A DNA stretch of 64,000 nucleotides from Lytechinus pictus (lineage: Eukaryota), in assembly GCF_037042905.1 (NCBI RefSeq), contig NC_087250.1, positions 15,936,001 to 16,000,000 on the forward strand, read 5' to 3'. The notes beneath the pieces were generated by a model that worked only from the letters and a program-made list of their open reading frames with translations, was not told the DNA's origin and searched no databases. Positions 50,401 to 57,900 of the stretch are shown one piece after another (within the stretch, counting starts at the first letter, position 1; every line of letters starts with the position of its first letter). The position numbers and the translations under genes were made by a program.

Positions 50401-50945
50401 CACTAACCTTTGTGTTACGGGACCCTGGTCCGTAATCACACTTTAATGAGACAATTTCACTCCTTTCAGAATCAGAATTGTGTCTTTTGAGAGAACATTC
50501 AGCTTTTTCGGAGTGGAAATGTCTAAATAGATCCCCAGTTCACTCCAAAGGGGTTGGTGCCTGATTGGGTTTGAACTTCTTTTTGGAGTGGAAATGTCTA
50601 TAAATGGATTCCTAATTCACTCCTGAAGAAGTTATGATGTAATACCTGAAGATGTATAGTTCACTCCAAAGGGCTTGATCCCTGGTATCACTCTGAGAGG
50701 AGTGTCCGGAGTCTGATTTAGGACTAGGTAGGGAGTACTGTCACGTTATGGTCTCAAGATTGTCATTAGTTTTCACTTCGACAAACTTCTTTTCTTTGTC
50801 TAGATACCGGTACTTGTATGGAAAATTCTCCAAGATGGTACTTTATCCAAGGCAGAGTTTAGTCAGAAATTTGGACATACGCCAAGCATTGAGTACCTTT
50901 GAAACGAGCATGGATGAAGCGACCGCCTGCTCTGGTGAGAGTTAA
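535..50945 (+). CDS. C3: Complement C3-like thioester-containing protein, 5'-partial multi-exon gene (24 exons in window)
   Basis: 24 exons with AG/GT boundaries and matching phases join into one ORF ending at TAA 50943-50945. It contains RRRR, an ANATO-like Cys domain, VRDDFRETWLF, LHLPYSVVRLEQ, PTGCGEQTM, STWLTAFVVKIF, VIHQEMIG, GGGFVSTQDTVVALQAL, VYDYYDP and a C345C domain with terminal Cys. ANATO + C345C + catalytic His favour C3 over A2M/CD109. Confidence 0.93.
828..1372. mobile_element. Kolobok-like non-autonomous DNA transposon (family K1), right end degraded
   Basis: TTAA|AGGACAAGTCCAC start; similar along its length to copies at 44551 and 63407. Confidence 0.7.
1378..1758. mobile_element. 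piggyBac-like MITE
   Basis: TTAA at both ends; TIR CCCTAAAAGGACT / AGTCCTTTTCGGG. Confidence 0.8.
2218..2441. mobile_element. hAT-like MITE
   Basis: TIR CAGGGGCGGATCCAGG / CCTGGATCCGCCACTG; 8-bp TSD TCAACAAC. Confidence 0.85.
2798..3410. repeat. Degenerate (ATT/ATC)n microsatellite blocks
   Basis: Direct reading; explains the poly-Ile/Met ORFs. Confidence 0.9.
3418..3710 (+). mobile_element. tRNA-derived SINE (family S1), full length
   Basis: A box TGGCTCAGTGG, B box GGTTCAAATCC, core TGTGCTGCACTCAACCCAGGTGAGGTGAATGGGTACC shared with other copies, (TTA)n tail. Confidence 0.88.
3720..3874 (+). CDS. C3: C3-like exon 2: anaphylatoxin-like domain N-part (EICYSVYESSCLA...YPCSRRAR...SQCGLTPEQKT)
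   Basis: cttcctcag| acceptor, ACG|gtattt donor, open frame, C-x-R-R-A pattern. Confidence 0.85.
4127..4557. mobile_element. Fold-back MITE with ~115-bp imperfect TIRs
   Basis: ~4127-4240 is the inverted complement of ~4448-4557; TA at both ends. Confidence 0.7.
5091..5236 (+). CDS. C3: C3-like exon 3: RFEVCC...TSR/SGG...VRDDFRETWLF
   Basis: ttttcag| and |gtaagt; F-x-x-CC end of ANATO; RxxFxExW motif of the thioester family. Confidence 0.93.
5835..7574. mobile_element. piggyBac-like non-autonomous element with a nested insertion
   Basis: TTAA|CCCTAA...TTAGGG|TCAA; body similar to copies at 38421, 48621 and 49450. Confidence 0.78.
6083..7091 (+). mobile_element. Helentron/HINE-like element with ~120-bp internal tandem repeats
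   Basis: Subterminal IR TCTCACCTGC / GCAGGGGAGA; inserted in a T run; about six repeats with the GGTCAAAGGTCA motif. Confidence 0.65.
7678..7909 (+). CDS. C3: C3-like exon 4: TPSSITEWHLTAVSLS...FFIQLHLPYSVVRLEQ...TIFNYG
   Basis: tttccag| and GAG|gtgggt; family motifs SITxW and LPYSV; overlaps ORF 7694-7930. Confidence 0.94.
7931..8219 (-). mobile_element. tRNA-derived SINE (family S1)
   Basis: Reverse-strand GGTTCGAATCC B box, shared core, (TTA)n tail. Confidence 0.85.
8261..9148. repeat. (ATC/ACC)n microsatellites alternating with a ~210-bp direct duplication
   Basis: ~8450-8660 nearly identical to ~8932-9148. Confidence 0.9.
9376..10144. mobile_element. MITE with GGGG..GTATTCTG termini and repeated ATGACAAAA motifs
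   Basis: GGGGCCGTATTCTG / CAGAATACCACCCC. Confidence 0.6.
10895..11107 (+). CDS. C3: C3-like exon 5: VTVWFSVEEGLC...DSVKKSLLVV
   Basis: acag| and |gtaaga; 213 nt, phase 0-0. Confidence 0.92.
11539..11940. mobile_element. hAT-like MITE
   Basis: Perfect 13-bp TIR CAGGGTTCCCAGC; repeated ATCAGGGAA subterminal motifs; TSD degenerate. Confidence 0.72.
12436..13532. mobile_element. TIR element with a GC-rich promoter-like interior
   Basis: TIR CAGGGATGCCAC / GTGGCATCCCTG; CATATA on both flanks. Confidence 0.68.
13745..13920 (-). mobile_element. tRNA-derived SINE (S1), 3'-truncated
   Basis: Head and core match other S1 copies. Confidence 0.8.
14130..14238 (+). CDS. C3: C3-like exon 6: PTGVLTRKSRSVTLNPGG...NNSLGQ
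   Basis: tttacag| and G|gtactg; completes VVP(T/E)G motif; TLxP motif. Confidence 0.88.
14812..15080 (+). mobile_element. Degraded Penelope-like reverse transcriptase fragment
   Basis: Frameshifted translation PRMHGLPQTHESNVPL...YELAKLLNELLQP...IKDSF...DIVRIFTNI...EAIDIC resembles the PLE RT motifs YGLPKxHK and FDVxSLFTNVP. Confidence 0.75.
15282..15389 (+). CDS. C3: C3-like exon 7: VSIHNNQ...LPVDSIPETESCSVKLIG
   Basis: Long pyrimidine tract + cag|, G|gtcagt; PxDxIPxT motif; phase 1-1. Confidence 0.88.
15465..15908. mobile_element. Kolobok-like K1 element, 5'-truncated
   Basis: Matches the right part of 63407-63986; ends GGGGTAGACTTGACCT|TTAA. Confidence 0.72.
16295..16755 (-). mobile_element. 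SINE S1-related 3' fragment interrupted by a small TIR element (16368-16601)
   Basis: (TTA)n tail and GGGTAATAAT junction; nested TIR GGGTGATTTCAAGT / ACTTGAAATAACCC. Confidence 0.62.
17092..20445. mobile_element. 3.35-kb non-coding TIR element (Sola-like), with nested repeats
   Basis: ~28-bp TIR GGGTCATTCTCAxAAAAATGxTACAATT; 4-bp TSD ATTT; no long ORF. Confidence 0.72.
20473..21371. mobile_element. 0.9-kb TIR element (Sola-like)
   Basis: TIR GGGCATTTTCAC / GTGAAAATGCCC; CTAG on both sides; four GTAATGTCAGTTACC motifs. Confidence 0.72.
21484..21754 (+). mobile_element. tRNA-derived SINE (S1), full length
   Basis: GGTTCGATTCC B box, shared core, (TTA)n tail. Confidence 0.86.
21793..21981 (+). 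CDS. C3: C3-like exon 8: thioester exon, PTGCGEQTMIRLAP (GCGEQ at 21861-21875)
   Basis: ccag| and G|gtaata; intact thioester motif. Confidence 0.97.
22065..22435 (+). repeat. Three ~120-bp units of the Helentron-like internal repeat
   Basis: Same unit as 6170-6900. Confidence 0.8.
22965..23147. mobile_element. Small MITE
   Basis: Perfect TIR GGGTGTTTCATAAAGCTGTT; related short GGG-ended elements at ~10367-10525, 24121-24322, 39941-40072, 44122-44442 and 50294-50425. Confidence 0.72.
23530..23790 (-). mobile_element. L2-like LINE 3' ORF2 fragment
   Basis: WGDRSHQYAGPFLWNKFP resembles the L2 ORF2 C-terminal GDRAFSxAAPxLWNxLP motif. Confidence 0.65.
25800..25875 (+). CDS. C3: C3-like exon 9: GVAREITYRQHNGAYAAWTNRAGSTW
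   Basis: atag| and TG|gtaggt; conserved TED motif. Confidence 0.94.
26480..26642 (+). CDS. C3: C3-like exon 10: LTAFVVKIFSQA...GEFHENNQVIHQEMI (His codon 26628-26630)
   Basis: gtcag| and |gtaagt; WLTAFV and VIHQEM motifs. Confidence 0.96.
27020..27109 (+). CDS. C3: C3-like exon 11: GAVKGDTSRTAFVLISLLEG...
   Basis: tttag| and GAG|gtaatg; TAFVLIxLxE motif. Confidence 0.94.
28143..29136. mobile_element. Tc1/mariner-like non-autonomous element
   Basis: TA|CAGTGCGTATCAAAAAAAAAGTT ... AACTTTTTTTTGATACGCACTG|TA. Confidence 0.85.
29676..29844 (+). CDS. C3: C3-like exon 12: KINNSISLAIQFL...YDKAIVTYALAMA...
   Basis: tacag| and G|gtaagt; AIxxYALA motif. Confidence 0.93.
29850..30287. repeat. Higher-order minisatellite of ATTAGAC(C/T)AA-based 14-17 bp monomers
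   Basis: Three monomer variants recur as a ~47-bp unit. Confidence 0.9.
30872..31442. mobile_element. CCCGGG-terminated TIR element
   Basis: ~45-bp TIR (GCCACTTxCATTGACGAGTGGATACCATGCGCGACC); repeated ACCCTAAAC motifs. Confidence 0.8.
31575..32169. mobile_element. Kolobok-like element
   Basis: TTAA|AGGGGAATCCA ... TGGATTCCCCT|TTAA. Confidence 0.78.
32233..32271 (-). ncRNA. Minimal type I hammerhead ribozyme relic (Penelope-type), probably inactive
   Basis: Minus strand GCCT-CCGACGA-A-GATT-CTGCTAT-GATC-GAAA-GC-TA-AGGC: stem I GCCT/AGGC, stem II, GAAA box; CUGANGA core reads CCGACGA. Confidence 0.65.
32463..32658. repeat. Perfect 91-bp inverted repeat with a 14-nt spacer
   Basis: 32463-32553 is the reverse complement of 32568-32658. 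Confidence 0.93.
32752..33033 (-). mobile_element. tRNA-derived SINE (S1), full length
   Basis: Head, core and (TTA)n tail on the minus strand. Confidence 0.86.
33502..33719 (+). CDS. C3: C3-like exon 13: ...IDVETAGYALLAQL...WLSKQQDYGGGFVSTQ
   Basis: ttcag| and CAG|gtgatg; VETxxYALL and GGGFxSTQ motifs. Confidence 0.96.
34116..34268 (+). CDS. C3: C3-like exon 14: DTVVALQALSKYAE...NAKIQEEVK
   Basis: ttgcag| and AAG|gtaagc; DTVVALQAL motif. Confidence 0.95.
34556..34621 (+). CDS. C3: C3-like exon 15: VSQSIGHDLQINSVGEGVALAN
   Basis: ccctcag| and |gtaaga; GxG motif; phase 0-0. Confidence 0.88.
35428..35562. mobile_element. MITE with GGGAxGTAGTCxAGGCCGG TIRs (relatives at ~22688-22837 and ~27229-27760)
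   Basis: Inverted termini and shared GGCCAAGGCCGGCAAAA motif. Confidence 0.62.
35598..35734 (+). CDS. C3: C3-like exon 16: VELRYNT...CPFHLNI...LRITVCTR
   Basis: ttctaag| and AG|gtgggt; CxFxL and xCTR motifs. Confidence 0.92.
35991..37815 (+). repeat. ~60-bp minisatellite (~30 units) derived from the intron16/exon17 junction
   Basis: Unit CATTCATGATTGTATGATTGCACTATTGATTGCAG|GTTTACCAGTGAAGGGAACACCCATATGAGTA; the last unit runs into exon 17. Confidence 0.95.
37784..37889 (+). CDS. C3: C3-like exon 17: FTGEGNTHMSILDVGLYSGF...LKE
   Basis: ttgcag| and GAG|gtaccc; MSILDVxxxSGF motif; its 5' end is the last unit of the 60-bp array. Confidence 0.93.
38421..39155. mobile_element. piggyBac-like non-autonomous element
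   Basis: TTAA|CCCTATTT ... ATAAGGG|TTGA; inverted relative at 48621-49357. Confidence 0.75.
39517..39588 (+). CDS. C3: C3-like exon 18: LINGSDSISSYEAGQRSVIFYLDE
   Basis: poly-T + tag|, GAG|gtacag; ISxYE and IFYLD motifs. Confidence 0.93.
40162..40290 (+). mobile_element. Degenerate tRNA-derived SINE of a second family
   Basis: TGGCTCTGCTGGTAGAGCG A-box-like and AGTTCAAAGCC B-box-like head. Confidence 0.5.
40669..41602. mobile_element. TTAA-inserting TIR element (Kolobok-like)
   Basis: Perfect 16-bp TIR GGACGTTCCACAGTTA with TTAA on both sides. Confidence 0.82.
42066..42171 (+). CDS. C3: C3-like exon 19: IPKTSDLCFTF...VGNVQAAAVHVYDYYDP
   Basis: cctag| and G|gtcagt; VxVYDYY motif. Confidence 0.95.
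42694..42792 (+). CDS. C3: C3-like exon 20: anchor region LSCTIFYKP...LCSENECICSGGSL
   Basis: tacag| and A|gtaagt; CxxFY and LCxxxxCxC motifs. Confidence 0.9.
42825..43230. repeat. Polypyrimidine (C/T) low-complexity tract
   Basis: Almost entirely C/T on the + strand. Confidence 0.9.
43491..43691 (-). mobile_element. SINE S1, 5'-truncated
   Basis: Core plus the same tail as the 7931-8219 copy. Confidence 0.78.
43969..44055 (+). CDS. C3: C3-like exon 21: FCNPTDRCPRLYSASELEATACQSHSSY (start of C345C)
   Basis: ttacag| and G|gtaaat; phase 1-1; AC...Y motif. Confidence 0.86.
44551..45157. mobile_element. Kolobok-like K1 element
   Basis: TTAA flanks; AGGACAAACCCACCCC / GGGGTGGACTTGATCT. Confidence 0.8.
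46478..46561 (+). CDS. C3: C3-like exon 22: LKIHIEQEQVIGGFRVYNFTVKKQIKRG
   Basis: cacag| and G|gtaagt; YxxxVxxxIKxG pattern of NTR/C345C domains. Confidence 0.88.
47606..47822. repeat. (AAAT/GAAT)n microsatellite
   Basis: Direct reading. Confidence 0.9.
48289..48439 (+). CDS. C3: C3-like exon 23: DENIPLNGMRQLYVNEGCKCPKI...FLLVG...VER
   Basis: aag| acceptor, AG|gtatat donor; CxCP and FLLxG motifs; phases fit neighbours. Confidence 0.86.
48621..49357. mobile_element. piggyBac-like non-autonomous element
   Basis: TTAA|CCCTTAT ... ATGGGG|TTAA. Confidence 0.8.
49450..50155. mobile_element. piggyBac-like element, one end degraded
   Basis: ...TTTTAGGG|TTAA; inverted relative of 5835-7574 lacking the nested insert. 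Confidence 0.72.
50804..50945 (+). CDS. C3: C3-like exon 24 (terminal coding): YRYLYGKFSKMVLYP...EATACSGES*
   Basis: pyrimidine tract + tag|; terminal Cys four residues before TAA. Confidence 0.85.
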
Positions 50946-52019
50946 CTCACTTCAGTTCGGAACCAGTTAATAGTGGGACTGTCCTCTAACGCCATCTCTC
51001 ATGACTCATGCCCAGTAACGTCACCATGCCAATAGGTATATCATGGGTTAGTATTACCCATTGATCAGTATCACCCACGTATAAGCCATTACATGTGTCT
51101 TTATTGTGATGATATCGCACAGTACACACGCTCAACTCATTTTGTTGTGAGCTTGAATTCTTATTTTTTTGCATGTGCAGCAACAGTAATGTTTGAAAAT
51201 GGGAATTTTAGAAAATCAGAACTTATCAAATCTACCCTAAATCAAAACCCAGCAAAGGCAGATAAAGGAATATTACAATTATTAGATGGTAGGTTGATTA
51301 CTACTATTTTTTTTCAAACTTTGGATATCATGACAAAGTTGAATTAACAGACTCATCATATCTGTTTAGAAACTTTCAAAATTTTGCTTCTCTTTATACA
51401 TATTTTGTTCTTTTTTTAATGTCATTGTTTATTTGAGTTGTTTCAATTCTGGATTTAGAATAAGGTTATTTACTTAATTACTTAATGGATTAATTGATTT
51501 AATGAATACATTAAGAATTGAATGAATGAGTAAATAAATGAATGAATTAATTAGTAAATTTATAAATGAGTAAAAAATATACATTAGATAGATGAATAAA
51601 TAACTAGATAATTATATTAATAAATGAATGCCCAATACGTTTAGTGTATAGTATAAACTTTGATGAAATCTGAGCTGAGTTAGTAAAACAAAAACTAACT
51701 CTAGATTCACTTGAACTAAATAATCTACAATAATAACAATAATAATTTTACATCATGATTTATTATTATAAGTGCTCACTCTGTACTTTATATACTTGCA
51801 CACAATCTGGCTAAAACTGAATTAATAAAATGTACCATATCAGGTATGATTACTTGTTAACATAACAAGACACAATTGATATTTATGATAAATTGTATAA
51901 TTGATTTGTAACCTGTATGCGAATTATGTGGCTCCTATAGAGTTGAATAATTTGTGCTTTTATTGACAAATGGGATCAGTTTAGCTTTGCAAATACATCT
52001 CATTTAAAAGCAGTTGCAA

Positions 52020-52570
52020 TTCTTGTACAGTGCAGCAAATGAAGTTTCTTTTTGAGTAGTTTCAGTACAGTTAGTGTGCTTAAATGAAAGTGTATGATTA
52101 AATAAAGCTGTATTGAGAAGCATGTGGTTTGTGTACAGTTATTATGACTTTTATGTTCTTTGTGTTTGTGTGTGTGGGTGTGGCAGTGTGTGGAGGATTT
52201 GTTTTTTATGAATTTTGTAGCCATTTTAACTGTGGTTGTATGAAAGTGTATGATCAGATAAACCAGAATTGAGAAGCATGTAGTTTGTGTATGGTTATTA
52301 GACTTCTATGTTCTTTGTGTGTGTGTGGGGTGTCAGGGTGTGTGTGTGAGAGTGAGAGATAGTGTTTTAGTACATATTTTGTATAAATTTAGTAGCCATT
52401 TAGCAGTTATTGTGGTTTTAATGAAAGTGTATGATCAAATTATCCTGTATTGATAAGCATGTAGTTTGTGTAAGATAACTATGGCTCCTGTGTTCTTTGT
52501 GTGGGTGTGGGTGTATCAGAGTGTGTGTGAGTTTTATTACATATATAAATCAGTAGCCCTTTAACAGTTT
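52020..52570. repeat. Three tandem ~160-180 bp units, each containing a (GT)n tract
   Basis: TGAAAGTGTATGAT...GCATGTxGTTTGTGTA recurs at ~52084, 52241 and 52422. Confidence 0.85.
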
Positions 52571-52590
52571 TTTTTTAAAGTTCTCGTTTA

Positions 52591-53261
52591 AATGACCTAC
52601 CATAATTGTAAAGCTTAGAGTCTCCTCTTTCATCTGAAATTACTTAATTTATTTCTCATTCACGCACGAATGAGCAAAAACAATTTGAAGACGGGATAAC
52701 GAAGTCACTTGTATCTGGGTTTCAAAAAGAAATCCACGTTTTCAAAATGTTCAATATCTGCTCTTTAATTTGATACCTCAATTACAGAGAATGGCAATAA
52801 ATAACAAGGTTCTGGTTATATGAAATAAGGCTTGAATTTCAATAATTTCGTTTAAAATGAAGAGGTTTTACAGGCTAGCGTTCACACTCACACGACACTC
52901 CGTTTTGTTGACGATCAACCATGCATTAATTCTTTTGTTAACCGTGCGATATCGTAGCTTCTGTGGGGAACCGGTGAAAAAATGTTTATTTAATAAAATT
53001 ATGGATATACAAGCATTGTTTCGAGGAAACAGAACTTTTTTACTTCTTGACCATTTTCTGTGATTAAGTTATCAAATAAAAGAGCAGATAATGAACTTTT
53101 TAGGCATGTGATTTTCTTTTTGAAATTCAGATACCCCCAGCCAAATTAGTTTTTGGTATCCTTTCTTCAAATTGTTTTTGCTCACTCATGCGTGAATGAA
53201 GAATAATCTAAGTAATTTCAGATGAAAGAGGAGACCCTAAGCTTTAATTTGGTAGGTCATT
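52591..53261. mobile_element. Fold-back element with ~220-bp imperfect inverted arms
   Basis: AATGACCTACC...CTCCTCTTTCATCTGAAATTACTTA is mirrored by TAAGTAATTTCAGATGAAAGAGGAGAC...GGTAGGTCATT. Confidence 0.78.
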
Positions 53262-54019
53262 GTCGATTGTATTTATGATTAAGTTATGATAAATCATCAC
53301 TAAATCTCAGTTTCATTTTTTGTGGGACGTAATATATTTCACGTAGGCCTGTCATGTTTTTTTTTTTAAGTTGTACAAGTAGATTTCTTAATGTGCTTTC
53401 TGTTGTCATAGTAGCCTTTTCGTAAATTTTAACTCGATGAAAAATGCATGGTTGATTAAAATCATGCGAAGGTATGGAGAATCAGACTTATATTCGCACA
53501 CAAAAGAAAATAAAATAAAAACGGCTGTTGGGAAGGGAATAATTGATCTTTTATATTGTTGGTTATTTTGTTTCTGAAGTTCAATGCACTTTTGTATGAT
53601 GTTGTGTGACTTACAAGCACAAACTCGAAATGTGACTATGTATGTTTGTTAAGTGAGATTATGTATCTTTATGATTATTTACTTAGTTTTCAATATTATT
53701 TATTTCTTTTATCACAAGACCATTTCTATAATGTTTTTATTGTTTAGAATAAGTACACTTTGGACTCATTTGTTGAGATTGCAAACGAGGCAGTACAGGT
53801 TAATTCAATCAGCATTTTTTTCAGTAACAAAACCGAGAGGGAGTTATGAACAGAAGGAAATATTGATGGGGAGTCATAACGTATAATGGGCCAGAAAAAT
53901 TAAGGACAGGCATGCACAGAATAACGGATGGAGAAGTTCTTAGTGAGTCGTGACCAAGAAAACCGAGATAGCGACAGCGATAATGTGAAAGGTCCATTTA
54001 CCAAATTATGATAAAAATG

Positions 54020-54546
54020 TCATGGGCTCCTTTCTACAATTCCCTCTAATCAATTAATCCGTATTCAACGACTACAAAATTGGGCAGCATGATTAATTTT
54101 ACAGGTTTCCCGAGATCATCCTTCCTAACCACTCTTTAATTCTTTTCACTGGCTTCCTTTTAAACAGAGAATTACGTTCAAATTACTCTTGATTGTCTAC
54201 AAAACACTGAATAAACAGGCTCCACAGTATTTAAGTAACTGCTTGAATCTGTATACACCAACTAGAGCACTTAGGTCGGCCAGTGATCACCTTCGCCTCA
54301 CGTATTCATTAACTCGTACATAAGCTGGTGACAGAACTTTTACGGTGTCGGCTTCAAAAATCCTGGAACGACCTGCCACTAATAATTAGACAGTCTCCAA
54401 CATTAGCAATTTTCAAAAAGTCGTTAAAAACTCATCTCTTTCGTACTTTGTAGTTTTTAAAATATTACATTTAATTAATTCATTGTAAGCGCTTTGGGCC
54501 TAATGGGAAAAGCGCAGGACAAATAATAAGTAATAATAATATTATT
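54020..54546 (+). mobile_element. L2-like LINE 3' end
   Basis: Degenerate HWLP...RITFKLLLIVYK...APQYL...GDRTFTVSA...WNDLP reading, followed by a short-repeat tail. Confidence 0.78.
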
Positions 54547-54984
54547 AACCCCATATTCCTTGCCTTTTATTTTCCTATAATTTTCCCTTTCCCCTTTAAC
54601 GTTCTTGATCGTGGATTTTTATTCATAAGGGGGACAGTGACCCTAACCCGTACCTATACGCCATATAAGTGGGGCGCAGGTGTTGGAAAGTATATGAAAT
54701 TAAGAATTGGTCAGATAACCATGATAGTGTAAACTTTAGAGATGAGTATAATAAGCTTAGATTAAAAGAAAGAGAGAGAAGGGGTTAGAGGGAGATAGAA
54801 AAATAAAACAGAGAGGGGGGGGGTATATTGAGAGTATCAATGAAATCACTTTCCTTCTTTTTTTCACTTGTTCAAGTGCTCTGTCATTCTCTATCACTAA
54901 ATCTTTCTCCTATCCCGAGGCTATTTAATAGAAATTAAATGTTCACTCCCTCCCCTTCCCCAACCCTTTCTCCTTCAGCCCGCC

Positions 54985-57900
54985 CCTCCTCATCAATCAC
55001 ATTCTCCCCCCCCCCCTCCTCATCAATCATATTCTCTCCCCCCGCCCCCTCCTCATCAATCACATTCTCTCTCTCCCTCTCCTCATCAATCACATTCTCT
55101 CTCCCTCTCCTCATCAATCACATTCTCTCTCCCCCCTCCTCATCAATCACATTTTCTCTCTCCTCATCAATCACATTCTCCCCTCCCCTTCTCATCAATC
55201 ACATTCTCTCTCCTCATCAATCACATTCTCTCCCCCCCCCCCTCCTCATCAATCACATTCTCTCTCCCTTCCTCATCAATCACATTCTCTCTCCCTCTCC
55301 TCATCAATCACATTCTCTCTCCTCATCAATCACATTCTCTCTCCCTCTCCTCATCAATCACATTCTCTCTCCCCCTCCTCATCAATCACATTCTCTCTCC
55401 TCATCAATCACATTCTCTCCCCCCCCCCCTCCTCATCAATCACATTCTCCCCTCCCCTCCTCATCAATCACATTCTCTCTCCCTCGATCCTCATCAATCA
55501 CATTCTCCCCCAACCCCTCCTCATCAATCACATTCTCTCCCCCCCCCCTCCTCATCAATCACATTCTCTCCCCCCCCCTCCTCATCAATCACATTCTCTC
55601 TCCCCTCCTCATCAATCACATTCTCTCTCCCCCCCCCTCATCAATCACATTCTCTCTCCCCTCCTCATCAATCACATTCTCTCTCCCCCTCCCTCATCAA
55701 TCACATTCTCTCTCCCCCTCCTCATCAATCACATTCTCTCTCCCCCTCCTCATCAATCACATTCTCTCTCCCCCCCCCCTCATCAATCACATTCTCTCCC
55801 CCCCCCCCTCCTCATCAATCACATTCTCTCTCCCCCTCCCTCATCAATCACATTCTCTCTCCCCCTCCTCATCAATCACATTCTCTCTCCCCCTCCTCAT
55901 CAATCACATTCTCTCTCCCCCTCCTCATCAATCATATTCTCTCCCCCGCCCCCCCCTCATCAATCACATTCTCTCTCCCCCTCCCTCATCAATCACATTC
56001 TCTCTCTCCCTCCCTCATCAATCACATTCTCTCTCCCCCTCCTCATCAATCATATTCTCTCCCCCGCCCCCCCCTCATCAATCACATTCTCTCTCCCCCT
56101 CCCTCATCAATCACATTCTCTCTCTCCCTCCCTCATCAATCACATTCTCTCTCCCCCTCCCTCATCAATCACATTCTCTCTCCCCCTCCTCATCAATCAC
56201 ATTCTCTCTCCCCCTCCTCATCAATCATATTCTCTCCCCCGCCCCCCCCCCTCATCAATCACATTCTCTCTCCCCCTCCCTCATCAATCACATTCTCTCT
56301 CTCCCTCCCTCATCAATCACATTCTCTCTCCCCCTCCTCATCAATCATATTCTCTCCCCCGCCCCCCCCCTCATCAATCACATTCTCTCTCCCCCTCCTC
56401 ATCAATCACATTCTCTCTCCCCCTCCTCATCAATCACATTCTCTCTCCCCCCCTCATCAATCACATTCTCTCTCCCCTCCTCATCAATCACATTCTCTCT
56501 CCCTCTCCTCATCAATCACATTCTCTCTCCCCTCCTCATCAATCACATTCTCTCTCCCCCCCTCCTCATCAGTCACATTCTCTCTCCCTCTCCTCATCAA
56601 TCACATTCTCTCTCCCTCTCCTCATCAATCACATTCTCTCTCCCCCTCCTCATCAATCACATTCTCTCTCTCCTCATCAATCACATTCTCTCTCCCCCTC
56701 CTCATCAATCACATTCTCTCTCCCCCTCCTCATCAATCACATTCTCTCTCCCCCTCCTCATCAATCACATTCTCTCTCCCCCTCCTCATCAATCACATTC
56801 TCTCCCCCCTCCTCATCAATCACATTCTCCCCCCCCCCCTCCTCATCAATCACATTCTCTCTCCCCTCCTCATCAATCACATTCTCTCTCCCCCTCCTCA
56901 TCAATCACATTCTCTCTCCCCTCCTCATCAATCACATTCTCTCTCCCCCTCCTCATCAATCACATTCTCTCTCCCCCTCCTCATCAATCACATTCTCTCT
57001 CCCCTCCTCATCAATCACATTCTCTCCCCCCTCCTCATCAATCACATTCTCCCCCCCCCCCCTCCTCATCAATCACATTCTCTCTCCCCTCCTCATCAAT
57101 CACATTCTCTCTCCCCCTCCTCATCAATCACATTCTCTCTCCCCCTCCTCATCAATCACATTCTCTCTCCCCCTCCTCATCAATCACATTCTCTCCCCCC
57201 TCCTCATCAATCACATTCTCCCCCCCCCCCCTCCTCATCAATCACATTCTCTCTCCCCTCCTCATCAATCACATTCTCTCTCCCCCTCCTCATCAATCAC
57301 ATTCTCTCTCCCCCTCCTCATCAATCACATTCTCTCTCCCCCTCCTCATCAATCACATTCTCCCCCCCCCTCATCAATCACATTCTCTCTCCCCCTCCCT
57401 CATCAATCACATTCTCTCTCCCCCCCCTCCTCATCAATCACATTCTCTCTCCCCCTCCTCATCAATCACATTCTCTCTCCCCCTCCCTCATCAATCACAT
57501 TCTCTCTCCCTCTCCTCATCAATCACATTCTCTCTCCCCTCCTCATCAATCACATTCTCTCCCCCCCCCCTCATCAATCACATTCTCTCCCCCCCCTCCT
57601 CATCAATCACATTCTCTCTCCCCTCCTCATCAATCACATTCTCTCTCCCCCCCTCCTCATCAATCACATTCTCTCTCCCCCTCCTCATCAATCACATTCT
57701 CTCTCCCCCCCTCCTCATCAATCACATTCTCTCTCCCTCTCCTCATCAATCATATTCTCTCTCCCCCTCCTCATCAATCACATTCTCTCTCTCCTCATCA
57801 ATCACATTCTCTCTCCCCCTCCTCATCAATCACATTCTCTCTCCCCCTCCTCATCAATCACATTCTCTCCCCCTCCTCATCAATCACATTCTCCCCCCCT

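Noticed and set aside
535..50945. Alpha-2-macroglobulin or CD109/insect-TEP assignment
   Set aside because: RRRR plus ANATO-like domain, HQE motif and C-terminal C345C domain fit the C3/C4/C5 branch; no bait-region architecture or GPI-type tail seen.
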